DNA from: an uncultured Actinomycetota bacterium | GTDB lineage: Bacteria > Actinomycetota > Actinomycetes > Propionibacteriales > Nocardioidaceae | Direction: 5' to 3' | Length of the DNA: 64,000 nucleotides | NCBI GenBank assembly: GCA_963825755.1 | Contig: CAWGUS010000003.1 | Coordinates: 15,416-79,415, forward strand | Part shown: positions 13,208 through 23,989 of the stretch, piece by piece | How positions within the stretch are numbered: position 1 is the first letter of the stretch | How the letters are laid out: every line of letters begins with the position of its first letter | The notes under the pieces: model-generated | Database searches by the model: none | What the model was told of the DNA's origin: nothing | What the model saw: the letters and a program-made list of their open reading frames with translations, nothing else | Position numbers and translations under genes: made by a program

Positions 13208-14257
13208 ATGTCCGCGATCACTTCTGCTGCCCCACAGCTGCCCACCGGCGACTGCGAGAGCGGTGAGCTCGTCTGCGGATGGGTCCGCGACGCGACCGGC
13301 AGCGAGGACGCGGCAGACGTCGCGGACACGCTCATCGGAGCGCCCCTGGCCATGGTCGGTCTCGTCCTGCTCGCCCTGGTCGTGCGGTGGGTCCTGCACC
13401 GCCTCGTCGACCGGGTGGTTCGCCGCGCCGAGGAGGGCATGGTGCCCAGCCGGTTCACCACCGTGGTGGGCGGGAGGGCCCGACTCGGACGGAGTGCCGA
13501 GCAGCCGCACGACCTGGCGACGTCCACCCGTCGGGTGCAACGGGCCAAGACGATGGGCAGCCTGCTGAAGAGCATCATCAGCGGTGTCGTCTTCGCGGTG
13601 TTCGGCACCATGGTGCTCAGCGAGATCGGCGTGAACATCGCCCCGATCATCGCGAGCGCCGGCATCATCGGCGTCGCCTTCGGCTTCGGCGCCCAGAGCC
13701 TCGTCAAGGACTTCCTGTCCGGCATCTTCATGATCGTCGAGGACCAGTACGGCGTCGGCGACGTCGTCGACCTCGGCGAGGCCAACGGCACCGTCGAGGC
13801 CGTGAGCCTGCGCGTGACCCGGCTGCGCGACGTCAACGGGACGGTCTGGTACGTCCGCAACGGCGAGATCATCCGCGTCGGCAACATGAGCCAGAACTGG
13901 GCTCGCACCGTGCTCGACGTGGCCGTCGGCTACGGCGAGGACCTCACCCAGGTACGCCGCGTGCTGAAGGACGTCGCCCACGACCTGTGGGAGGACGACG
14001 AGTTCAAGGGCCTGATCATCGAGGAGCCCGAGGTCTGGGGCGTCGAGTCGATGACGGCCGACTCCGTCAACGTGCGCGTCACGCTCAAGACCGCGCCCAT
14101 GGAGCAGTGGGCCGTGGCCCGCGCGATGCGCGAGCGGATCAAGGCCCGCTTCGACCACGAGGGCATCGAGATGCCGCACCGGCTCGTCTCGCGCCTCGAC
14201 ATGCCGGTGCCGGCCCAGCCCGCGGCGGCCGAGCCCACGCCCGAGGAGAAGCAGTGA
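13208..14257 (+). CDS. MscS-family mechanosensitive channel
   Basis: IASAGIIGVAFGFGAQSLVKDFLSG...EDQYGVGDVV...VRNGEI. Confidence 0.93.
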   Translation: MSAITSAAPQLPTGDCESGELVCGWVRDATGSEDAADVADTLIGAPLAMVGLVLLALVVRWVLHRLVDRVVRRAEEGMVPSRFTTVVGGRARLGRSAEQPHDLATSTRRVQRAKTMGSLLKSIISGVVFAVFGTMVLSEIGVNIAPIIASAGIIGVAFGFGAQSLVKDFLSGIFMIVEDQYGVGDVVDLGEANGTVEAVSLRVTRLRDVNGTVWYVRNGEIIRVGNMSQNWARTVLDVAVGYGEDLTQVRRVLKDVAHDLWEDDEFKGLIIEEPEVWGVESMTADSVNVRVTLKTAPMEQWAVARAMRERIKARFDHEGIEMPHRLVSRLDMPVPAQPAAAEPTPEEKQ

Positions 14258-14284
14258 GCAGACGGCGGGCACAATGGAGTCACC

Positions 14285-14680
14285 ATGTCGACCTCCCCTG
14301 ACGCATCCGTGAGCTTCTACGACGAGATCGGTGGCGAGCCCACCTTCCGCACGATCGTCAACACCTTCTACGCCGGGGTCGCCGACGACGACGTGCTCCG
14401 GCCGCTCTACCCCGAGGAGGACCTCGGCCCGGCCACGGAGCGCTTCACGCTGTTCCTGATGCAGTACTGGGGCGGCCCGACGACGTACTCCGAGAACCGC
14501 GGCCACCCGCGGCTACGCATGCGGCACGCGCCGTTCGCGGTCACCCCGCTGGCAAAGGACCGCTGGCTGCTGCACTTCCGTGCGGGCCTCGACGCCGCGC
14601 AGCTCACGCCCGAGCAGGACGCGCAGTTCTGGGACTACGTCACGCACGCGGCGCAGTTCATGGTGAACTCGCTCGAGTGA
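14285..14680 (+). CDS. glbO: Group II truncated hemoglobin
   Basis: FYDEIGG, FLMQYWGGPTTYSENRGHPRLRMRH. Confidence 0.93.
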   Translation: MSTSPDASVSFYDEIGGEPTFRTIVNTFYAGVADDDVLRPLYPEEDLGPATERFTLFLMQYWGGPTTYSENRGHPRLRMRHAPFAVTPLAKDRWLLHFRAGLDAAQLTPEQDAQFWDYVTHAAQFMVNSLE

Positions 14681-15531
14681 GCCGAGCGCGGTAGCTCCTC
14701 CGACGGCTCGGCCGACCGCCCCTCCCGGGGGTCGAAGAACACCAGCACGACCCGGGCCCGCGACAGCAGCGTGTCGCCGTCGCGGATCTCGGACTCGATG
14801 GTGAACGAGCGGGTGCCGACGTGCGCGACGTGCGCCCACACGTCGTACGGCTCCTCGCGGAAGAGGATCGGCACGCGGTAGTCGACGTCGGTCTGCGCCA
14901 CCACGACGCCGAGGCCCCCGTCGGTGCCGGGCAGGCCGTCGCTGATGTCGGCCATCATCTGGATGCGGGACTCCTGGAAGTACTCGAAGTACTTCACGTT
15001 GTTGACGTGGCCGTAGACATCGACGTCGGAGAAGCGGACGTGGAGCGGGTAGTGGTTGCGAGCATCCTCCGGGGGCGGCACCGGCTTGATGCGCGGCCGC
15101 TTCTCCGCCGGCTCGAGGAAGCGCGTGAGGATCTCGCGCTCGGAGTCGCTGATGCGGCGAGGCCGCTCGGTCGCGAAGACGTAGGGAGTCAGCACGGTCG
15201 TGGCCCGGACGTACGTCGTACGGCGGCCGTCGTCGTCCTCGTCGAAGACCTCGTAGGCCATGGTGAACGACGCCGCGCGGAGCTCGGTGACCCAGCACTC
15301 GATGCGGACCGGCCGGAAGCGGAACGTCAGCGGGGCCAGATAGGTGACCTCGTGCCGCACCACGACCACGCCCTCGGTGAGCTCGGCCCCCTCCGGGCGG
15401 GTGGCGGGCACGTGCGCGCGGATCATGTCGACCCGCGCCTCCTGGAGGTAGTCGACGTAGACGACGTTGTTGACGTGACCCAGCAGGTCCAGGTCGGCCC
15501 ACCGCATCGGGCACTCGTAGACGTGGCGCAC
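14635..15531 (-). CDS. Acyl-CoA thioesterase, double hot-dog (4HBT-like)
   Basis: Two repeats: RWADLDLLGHVNN and RFSDVDVYGHVNN. Confidence 0.9.
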   Translation of the reverse strand: MRHVYECPMRWADLDLLGHVNNVVYVDYLQEARVDMIRAHVPATRPEGAELTEGVVVVRHEVTYLAPLTFRFRPVRIECWVTELRAASFTMAYEVFDEDDDGRRTTYVRATTVLTPYVFATERPRRISDSEREILTRFLEPAEKRPRIKPVPPPEDARNHYPLHVRFSDVDVYGHVNNVKYFEYFQESRIQMMADISDGLPGTDGGLGVVVAQTDVDYRVPILFREEPYDVWAHVAHVGTRSFTIESEIRDGDTLLSRARVVLVFFDPREGRSAEPSEELPRSAHSSEFTMNCAACVT

Positions 15532-15574
15532 GCATCGATGCTCCCAGACCCGGCGGCCTGCTGCATGAGCGGTG

Positions 15575-15757
15575 TCAGTGGTGTGCCAGGAGCCGGCCGT
15601 AGTAGGTCGGGATCGACTCGCGCCGGACGAGGCGGACCCTGCGGCTGCCGACCAGTCCGCGGACGACGACGGCGACCGTGAGGGCTGCGGTGACGGCGGC
15701 GACCGCGAAGATCGACACCATGAATGCGGTCATGAACTCGGGATCGAAGTTGACCAT
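15575..15757 (-). CDS. Small (60 aa) single-TM protein
   Basis: AGGAG RBS upstream; hydrophobic core; divergent from TetR. Confidence 0.65.
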   Translation of the reverse strand: MVNFDPEFMTAFMVSIFAVAAVTAALTVAVVVRGLVGSRRVRLVRRESIPTYYGRLLAHH

Positions 15758-15772
15758 GGGACTGCTCCTTCT

Positions 15773-15818
15773 TCTACATCTGTAGACTTTCTACGTATGT
15801 AGAAACTACGCCTGTAGA
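15773..15818. promoter_or_regulatory. Three tandem CTAC-N-GTAG palindromes, putative TetR operators
   Basis: TCTACATCTGTAGA (15773), TTTCTACGTATGTAGAAA (15788), ACTACGCCTGTAGA (15805) in the divergent intergenic gap. Confidence 0.75.
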
Positions 15819-15878
15819 AGAACCGGGGCAAGCCGGGCTAGCGTGGGCCGTCTCACACCCCCGCGCCGAGGAGGAGCC

Positions 15879-16484
15879 GTGCCCGAGTCGCCCACCAGCG
15901 ACATCAGCCCGCGCCGGCGCGCGATACTCGAGGCCGCACAGGCCGTCGTCGCGGAGCAGGGCCTCCGCGGGCTGACCCACCGGGCCGTCGACCGGGTCGC
16001 CGGTCTCCCCGAAGGCAGCACGTCGGCGTACCTGCGCACCCGCAAGGCGCTCCAACTCGCCCTCGCCGAGTATGTCGTCGGCCAGCTCGCCATCGACGTG
16101 CAGGAGCTGTCGGCACGGCTCGCCGACTGCCACGGCGACCCCGTGCGGGCCGCCGAGCTCACCGGAGACCTCTTCCGCCGCTGGCTGCGCGACCGCGACC
16201 GGCTGGTGGCCCGGCTCGAGCTCACCCTCGAGTCCGTGCGCGACGACGAGCTCTCGGTGCTGCTGGCTGCCGCCCGGTCCCAGCTCGTCGAGACGGTCGC
16301 CCGGGCGCTGGCGACCGCCGGCAAGCTGCACGACGAGACCAGGGCCGAGACCGTGGTGGCCGCGCTCGACGGCGTACTGCTGGGCGGACTGCTGAAGTCG
16401 CCCCGCCAACGGTCGGCGTACCTCCAGCGGTCGCTGAGCCAGGTCTTCGCCTCCATCGAGGATGTCTCCACGACAACCGTCTAG
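15879..16484 (+). CDS. TetR/AcrR-family regulator
   Basis: RRRAILEAA...GLRGLTHRAVDRVAGLPEGSTSAYLRTR; GGAGGAG RBS. Confidence 0.92.
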   Translation: MPESPTSDISPRRRAILEAAQAVVAEQGLRGLTHRAVDRVAGLPEGSTSAYLRTRKALQLALAEYVVGQLAIDVQELSARLADCHGDPVRAAELTGDLFRRWLRDRDRLVARLELTLESVRDDELSVLLAAARSQLVETVARALATAGKLHDETRAETVVAALDGVLLGGLLKSPRQRSAYLQRSLSQVFASIEDVSTTTV

Positions 16485-16525
16485 GGTGACGAAGGCAGTC
16501 CTCGCCTTCCCAGATCGGAGCTTCC

Positions 16526-17741
16526 ATGCCTGAGGCAGTCATCGTTTCCGTGGCCCGCTCGCCCATCGGCCGCGCGAACAAGGGGTCCCTCAAGGACCTC
16601 CGGCCCGACGACCTGACGGCGTTCATCGTGAAGACCGCGCTCGACAAGGTGGAGGGGCTGGACCCCAACACCGTCGACGACTTCTATCTCGGCTGTGGGC
16701 TGCCCGGCGGCGAGTCCGGGAACAACATGGCGCGCATCGTGAACGTGATGAACGGCATGGACGACGTGCCCGGCGCGACCATCACGCGCTACTGCGCCTC
16801 GTCGGTGCAGACCACCCGGATGGCCTTCCACGCCATCAAGGCGGGCGAGGGCGACGTGTTCGTCTCCGCCGGCGTCGAGACGGTGTCTCGCTTCGGCAAG
16901 GGCACCTCCGACCACTGGCCCGACACCCACAACCCGCTCTTCGCCGACGCCGAGGCCCGCACGAAGAAGACCGCCGAGGGTGGGGTCGGCTGGCACGACC
17001 CGCGTGAGGACGGCATGCTGCCCGACGCCTACATCGCGATGGGCCAGACCGCCGAGAACGTCGCCAAGCTCCGCGGGCTCTCGCGCCAAGAGCTCGACGA
17101 GTTCGGCGTGCGGTCGCAGAACCTCGCCGAGAAGGCGATCAACGACGGCTTCTGGGCCCGCGAGATCACGCCGGTCACCACGCCCGACGGCACGGTCGTC
17201 AGCACCGACGACGGGCCGCGCGCGGGAGTGACGTACGACGGCATCAAGGACCTGCAAGCCGGTGTTCCGTCCCGACGGCGTGGTGACCGCGGGCAACTGC
17301 TGCGCGCTCAACGACGGCGCTGCTGCCGTGGTGATCATGTCCGACACCAGGGCCGCCGAGCTCGGACTGACGCCGCTGGCCCGCATCGTATCGACCGGCG
17401 TCTCGGGGCTCTCCCCGGAGATCATGGGCCTCGGCCCGGTCGAGGCCACGAAGATCGCGCTGGCCCATGCGCAGATGAGCATCGGCGACATCGACCTGGT
17501 CGAGATCAACGAGGCCTTCGCGGCGCAGGTCGTGCCGTCGTACCAGGATCTCGGCATCGACCTCGACCGTCTCAACGTCAACGGCGGTGCGATCGCCGTC
17601 GGGCACCCCTTCGGCATGACCGGCGCGCGGCTGCAGAACACGATGCTCAACAGCCTCGACTGGCACGACAAGACCACCGGCCTGATCACCATGTGTGTCG
17701 GCGGCGGGCAGGGCATGGCCCTGATCCTCGAGCGGCTCTGA
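16526..17741 (+). CDS. Acetyl-CoA C-acetyltransferase (thiolase), one frameshift near 17260
   Basis: RYCASS, NEAFA, GGAIAVGHPFG, MCVGGGQG. Confidence 0.93.
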
Positions 17742-17752
17742 GGCTGACGGCC

Positions 17753-18256
17753 ATGTCCGACGACGTCACGTCGCTCCCGGCCCCGACCCGGTGGCTCGAC
17801 GAGTCGCAGCAGCAGATCTGGCGGGCCTGGATCCTGGGCAACACGCTGCTGATGGGCCGCCTCGACGACGACCTGCGGCGCACCCACAACCTGTCACTGG
17901 TGGAGTACGAGATCCTGGTGCGCCTGTCCGAGCGCCCGGGCCGGCAGATGCGGATGGCGCAGCTCGCCGACGCGCTGGCCCACAGCCGCAGCCGGGTGAC
18001 GCACACGATCGACCGGATGGAGCGGTCGGGCTACGTCACCCGCGCGCCGTCCCCCGAAGACGGCCGCGGCATCGTCGCGACCATGACCGAAGCAGGCTTC
18101 GCCCTGCTCGAGAAGGCCGCGCACGCCCACGTCGACGGCGTACGCGAGAACCTCGTCGACCTGGCCAGCCCCGAGGACTTCGAGGCCATCGGACGGGTGC
18201 TGAACGCCGTCGCCGACCACCTGATCGCAGCCCACCCGGAGATGGAGCTGCGGTGA
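17753..18256 (+). CDS. MarR-family regulator
   Basis: WLDESQQQIWRA...LSLVEYEILVRL...SRSRVTHTIDRM...DGRG. Confidence 0.9.
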   Translation: MSDDVTSLPAPTRWLDESQQQIWRAWILGNTLLMGRLDDDLRRTHNLSLVEYEILVRLSERPGRQMRMAQLADALAHSRSRVTHTIDRMERSGYVTRAPSPEDGRGIVATMTEAGFALLEKAAHAHVDGVRENLVDLASPEDFEAIGRVLNAVADHLIAAHPEMELR

Positions 18257-18370
18257 GGGTCGCGGGTCATCCGTGTCCTCCCGTAGCCAGCGGTGAGTGA
18301 GCGACCCTTTCGGACTCCCAGAACGTCCCTGGCTCACCGCCGCCGCGCGGTCGGAGCTGCGAACGACGCT

Positions 18371-20054
<1,684 letters not shown>

Positions 20055-20096
20055 GGCCGGAACCCTACCTGCGGAGGCGCTCCGGGCCCGCATCGC

Positions 20097-21768
20097 TCAG
20101 AGCGCGACGACCTGCACCCGGCCCTGCATCGAGGCGCCACTCGTGGGTCGACGCCGACCGCCTCGCGGAAGCGCTCGTCGTGGCTCACGACGAGCACCGT
20201 GCCGTCGTACGCCGCGACCGCTGCCTCGAGCTGCTCGATGCCCGCCACGTCGAGGTGGTTGGTGGGTTCGTCGAGCACGAGCGTGTTGACCTCGCGGGCC
20301 TGGAACACGGCCATCAGCGCCCGCGTGCGCTCCCCCATGCTGAGGCCGCGGCGCCGGTCGGTCGACGTGCTCGGCGCCGAGGCCGAACTTCGCCAGCAGG
20401 GTGCGTACGTCGCCCGGTTGCGCGTCACCGAGCTGGCGGCTCGGACGACCTCGGCGACCGAGAGGTCGGCGTCCATCAGCCGGCGCTCCTGGTCGAGCAC
20501 GCCGAGCGTGACGCGGGCACCCCTGACCGCCGCCCGGCGTCGAGCGGGCACCTCGCCCATCAGGGCGGCCAGGAGCGTGGACTTGCCGCTGCCGTTGTCA
20601 CCCAGCAGCGGCGACCCGATCGGCCCGGCCGACGGCCAGGGTCACCGGGCCCAGGGTGAAGTCGCCGCGGCGTACGACCGCGTCGGTGAGGGTGGCGACC
20701 ACGTCGGTCGAGGGCGGGCCGGAGCGAGAGCGGAGTACCTCAGCTGCCACTCTTTGCGCGGTTGCTCGACCACATCGAGCCGGTCGACCGCGTCGCGCAG
20801 CCTCGACGCCTTGGCGCCCTGCCGGTCCGCCCGAGCCTTGTCGCGCTCGCGCAGGTGCTTGTCGGCCTCGTCGCCACGCTTCACCGCGAGGTGCCCCTTC
20901 TCCGCCCAGGCACGGCGCTGCCGCGACTGCGCCACCAGCGAGTCGCGGGCGCCGGCGTACTGCTCGTAGTCGGCCCACGCCCGAGCCCGGGCCGCCTCCT
21001 TGGCCGCGACGTAGTCGGTCCAGCCGCCCGGGTGGTGAGCGATCGACTGCTGGTGCAGGTCGAGCTCGACCACCGAGGTGACCACCCGGTCGAGGAACGC
21101 CCGGTCGTGGCTGGCGATCAGCACCGGTCCGGCGTGCGACGTGACGAAGTCGGCCATCAGCTCGAGCCCGTGGCTGTCGAGGTTGTTGGTCGGCTCGTCG
21201 AGGAGGAGCACGTCGTACTGGCTGAGCAGCACCGCCACGAGGCAGGCTCGGGCTACCTGGCCACCGGAGAGGGTGCCGAGCGGCCGGTGCGGCTCGACGT
21301 CGAGGCCGACGCGGCCGGCCACCCCCGGCAGGCGGTCGGCGAGGTCGGCGGCACCGAGCGCCAGCCAACGCTCGAGGGCCTCCGCGTAGTCGTCGTCGGC
21401 GCCTTCGACGCCGTCGGCCAGCGCCGTGGAGGTCGCCTCGAGGCGCTCGTCGGCCGCGGCGACGCCGGTGCGCCGCCGGACGTAGTCGAGCAGCGACTCG
21501 TCGCCGTCGGGCACGACCTGGGGCAACCAGGCGGTCGTGGCGTCGACCGGCACCACGCTGATCGTCGCCGGCAGTCGGCCGGCAGCTCACCGGCGATGGT
21601 GCGCATCAGCGTGGACTTGCCGGAGCCGTTGACGCCGACGACGGCGGTGACGTCGCCGGCGGCCAGGACCAGGTCGAGGCCGGAGAAGAGGGTGCGTGCG
21701 CCGAAGGCTACGCCGAGGTCGCGCAGCGTCACGGACGCGGAGGCGTGGGAAGAGGGAGTCGAAGACAT
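20097..21768 (-). CDS. Second ABC-F family ATP-binding protein (possibly ARE-type), several frameshifts
   Basis: GVNGSGKST, LSGGQ, LLLDEPTNNLD, linker, second GDNGSGKST-type Walker A, LSMGERTR, LDEPTNHLD; no TM domains. Confidence 0.85.
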
Positions 21769-21842
21769 ACGTGTCCTGAGGAGGCGTACGGACCGCTCGT
21801 GGCGGCTGGTCGGCTCAGGAAGTCTTCACGCGTCCGAGGGTA
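21766..21842 (-). promoter_or_regulatory. Putative translational attenuator: -10 box, leaderless 4-codon uORF and SD-sequestering hairpin
   Basis: TACCCT (21842-21837), 7 nt, then GTG AAG ACT TCC TGA (21829-21815); uORF GAAGAC/TCCTGAG complementary to CTCAGGA (SD) and GTCTTC (after ATG). Confidence 0.6.
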
Positions 21843-21960
21843 CGCGGCCCCAGCGGACCGGCCAACCGAAATACGATGAGACCGATCCGGTCAGCCGCGG
21901 CGTCGTAGTGGGTGAGGTCGCCACCGGGCGGCCGGGCGGATGCGAGCAGGAGGCAGCCAG

Positions 21961-22503
21961 GTGCGTCGCACGGAGCAGTTCGACGGGGAGTTCAGCGAGT
22001 TCGTGGCCGCGCGCTCGCCGCACCTCTACCGCAGCGCCTACCTGCTGACCACCTCCACGCACGCCGCGGAGGACCTCGTGCAGAGCGCACTGATCAAGGC
22101 GTACGCCGCCTGGTGGCGGGTGCGGAAGGCTGACGACCCGGTCGCCTACGTGCACGGCATCGTGATCAAGACCTTCCTCAGCGACCGCCGCAAGCGGAGC
22201 AGCAGCGAGCTGCCGGTGGCGGACACCCCGGACGCCGGCCGCCACGAGGACCCGACACAGCGGTTGGCGCTCATCGAGGCGCTGCGCACGCTCGGCGACC
22301 TCGACCGCGGGGTCGTGGTGCTGCGCTTCTGGGAGGACCGCAGCGTGCTCGACACCGCGACTGCGCTGGGCCTGTCGCCCGCCGCGGTCAAGAACCGGAG
22401 CCTGCGCGCCCTCCGGGCCCTGCGCCACGAGCTGGGCGAGCCACCCGGAAACCCGACCGACGACGCGCGACTGACCGACCACACCACCTGGAGCCGACGA
22501 TGA
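21961..22503 (+). CDS. ECF sigma factor (actinobacterial SigE-like family)
   Basis: FSEFVAARSPHLYRSAYLLT...AEDLVQSAL...VVVLRFWEDRSV..TA..LG. Confidence 0.92.
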   Translation: MRRTEQFDGEFSEFVAARSPHLYRSAYLLTTSTHAAEDLVQSALIKAYAAWWRVRKADDPVAYVHGIVIKTFLSDRRKRSSSELPVADTPDAGRHEDPTQRLALIEALRTLGDLDRGVVVLRFWEDRSVLDTATALGLSPAAVKNRSLRALRALRHELGEPPGNPTDDARLTDHTTWSRR

Positions 22504-23420
22504 CCCTGCACGAGACCAGCACCGACCAGCACGACGCAGCCAGGCTGCGCGACCATCTCGGCGCCGCCGTACAGACGCTGGACGTGCCGACCGACCGGCT
22601 GACCGCGACCGCACGCAGCCACGGGCGCGTGGTGCGTCGCCGCCGCCGGGCCGGCGCCGGCATCGCGACCCTGGCCGCCCTGGCCGTGGTCGGGGTCGGC
22701 GGCGGCCAGGTGCTCGGCGACAACGCTGCCGCACCAGACTTCGCCACCGACACCTCGCCGACGAGCATTGCCGAGCCCGACACCGTTCCGGACACCCTTC
22801 CGGACGAGGTCCGGTTCCAGATCGAGCGCGGCTGGTGGAGCATGCCCGTGGCCGAGATGGAGACACGGCTGCGCCGGCTCCTGCCGGCCGGCGTCACCCT
22901 CACGGACGTGGCCCTGAAGCCCCTGGACCCAGCGCCCGGTGAGGAGGACCGCGAGATCGAGGGCCACCTGCACGCGGTCGTGGAGTCACCGACCAGCGGC
23001 GGGCCAGGCGAGATCGAGATGTACCTGAGGGCGCCGGAGTGGGCCTACCCCGAGGTGAGGAGCTACTCGTTCACCGACGAGGAGGGCAACACGGCGACGC
23101 ATGTCTTGGCCGACTCTCCGTCGAACCAGAAGGTGGCCAGCTGCTCGGGCCGAGGCACCGCGGACTGCACGCCACTGCTCCGGGACGGCACGCCGTACGG
23201 AGTCGTCTACACCGCAGACAGCCAGGGCTCGACCTACGTCGGGTCGCACGTCCTGACCGATGACGAGGGCCTGGTGCAGGTGATGGTCTCCGACGACGCC
23301 TCCGGGGAGAAGTGGAGCGCGCCGGTCACCGCCGAGCGCCCCGCACTGACCGCCGAGCAGGTGCAAGCGATCGCCGAGGACCCCACCTGGTTGGACTGGG
23401 TGGAGCCGGCCGCCGACTGA
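22500..23420 (+). CDS. Membrane-anchored protein, putative anti-sigma partner
   Basis: ATGA-coupled to sigma gene; RRRRR followed by TM helix and extracellular domain. Confidence 0.7.
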   Translation: MTLHETSTDQHDAARLRDHLGAAVQTLDVPTDRLTATARSHGRVVRRRRRAGAGIATLAALAVVGVGGGQVLGDNAAAPDFATDTSPTSIAEPDTVPDTLPDEVRFQIERGWWSMPVAEMETRLRRLLPAGVTLTDVALKPLDPAPGEEDREIEGHLHAVVESPTSGGPGEIEMYLRAPEWAYPEVRSYSFTDEEGNTATHVLADSPSNQKVASCSGRGTADCTPLLRDGTPYGVVYTADSQGSTYVGSHVLTDDEGLVQVMVSDDASGEKWSAPVTAERPALTAEQVQAIAEDPTWLDWVEPAAD

Positions 23421-23426
23421 CGAGCC

Positions 23427-23849
23427 TCAGGCCGCGGCCTCCTGGCGCACCTCCTCGACCGGCTGCTCGACGACCTGCTCGACGACATCGGGACGGGGCG
23501 GCCGGCTGAACACAGCCCGCCCGCGCGACAGGTCGTGGCCGATGGCCGTGGCGACCACCACGTGACGGCTGGCACTGGTGCCGTCGGGCTTGTCCCACGT
23601 CTCGGCGACCAGCCGGCCGGTGACCAACACCGGCTGGCCACGCACGACGCTGGCCGCGACGTTCTCGGCCAGCGCGCGCCACGCCTTGACGGAGTACCAG
23701 ATCGTCTCCTGGTCCTCCCAGGTGCCGTCCTTGAGGCGACGTGGCGTGCTGCCGACCCGAAGTGTGGCGAAGGCCGTGTCGGTGCTGGTGCGGCCGAGCT
23801 CGACGTTGCCGCCGACCCAGCCGGCAAAGGTGATCATCGTGTCGTTCAA
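23427..23849 (-). CDS. ssb: Single-stranded DNA-binding protein (SsbB-type paralogue)
   Basis: ITFAGWVG...LRVGSTPR...W.D.ETIWYSVKAWRALAENVAASV..GQPVLVTGRL...IGHDL; lacks acidic DDEPPF tail. Confidence 0.85.
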   Translation of the reverse strand: MNDTMITFAGWVGGNVELGRTSTDTAFATLRVGSTPRRLKDGTWEDQETIWYSVKAWRALAENVAASVVRGQPVLVTGRLVAETWDKPDGTSASRHVVVATAIGHDLSRGRAVFSRPPRPDVVEQVVEQPVEEVRQEAAA

Positions 23850-23989
23850 GGTGGTGTCCTCACGGTGGATGCCGTGGCGCGGTTGCGTCACTGCATCCAG
23901 AGTCGGGACGACCACCGACGGGTACGACGACCTCACGGACCGCCTGTGGACGAGCGCGGAATCGCGGCGGCTGTGGACGGTTTGCGGGC

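Noticed and set aside
16526-18256. Thiolase-MarR fusion protein (576-aa ORF)
   Set aside because: Artefact of one frameshift near 17260; the thiolase C-terminus lies in another frame and MarR has its own ATG at 17753.
18283-18345. ncRNA between marR and ettA
   Set aside because: A single imperfect hairpin (GCGGTGAG...CTCACCGC) between convergent genes; more simply a terminator or REP-type element.
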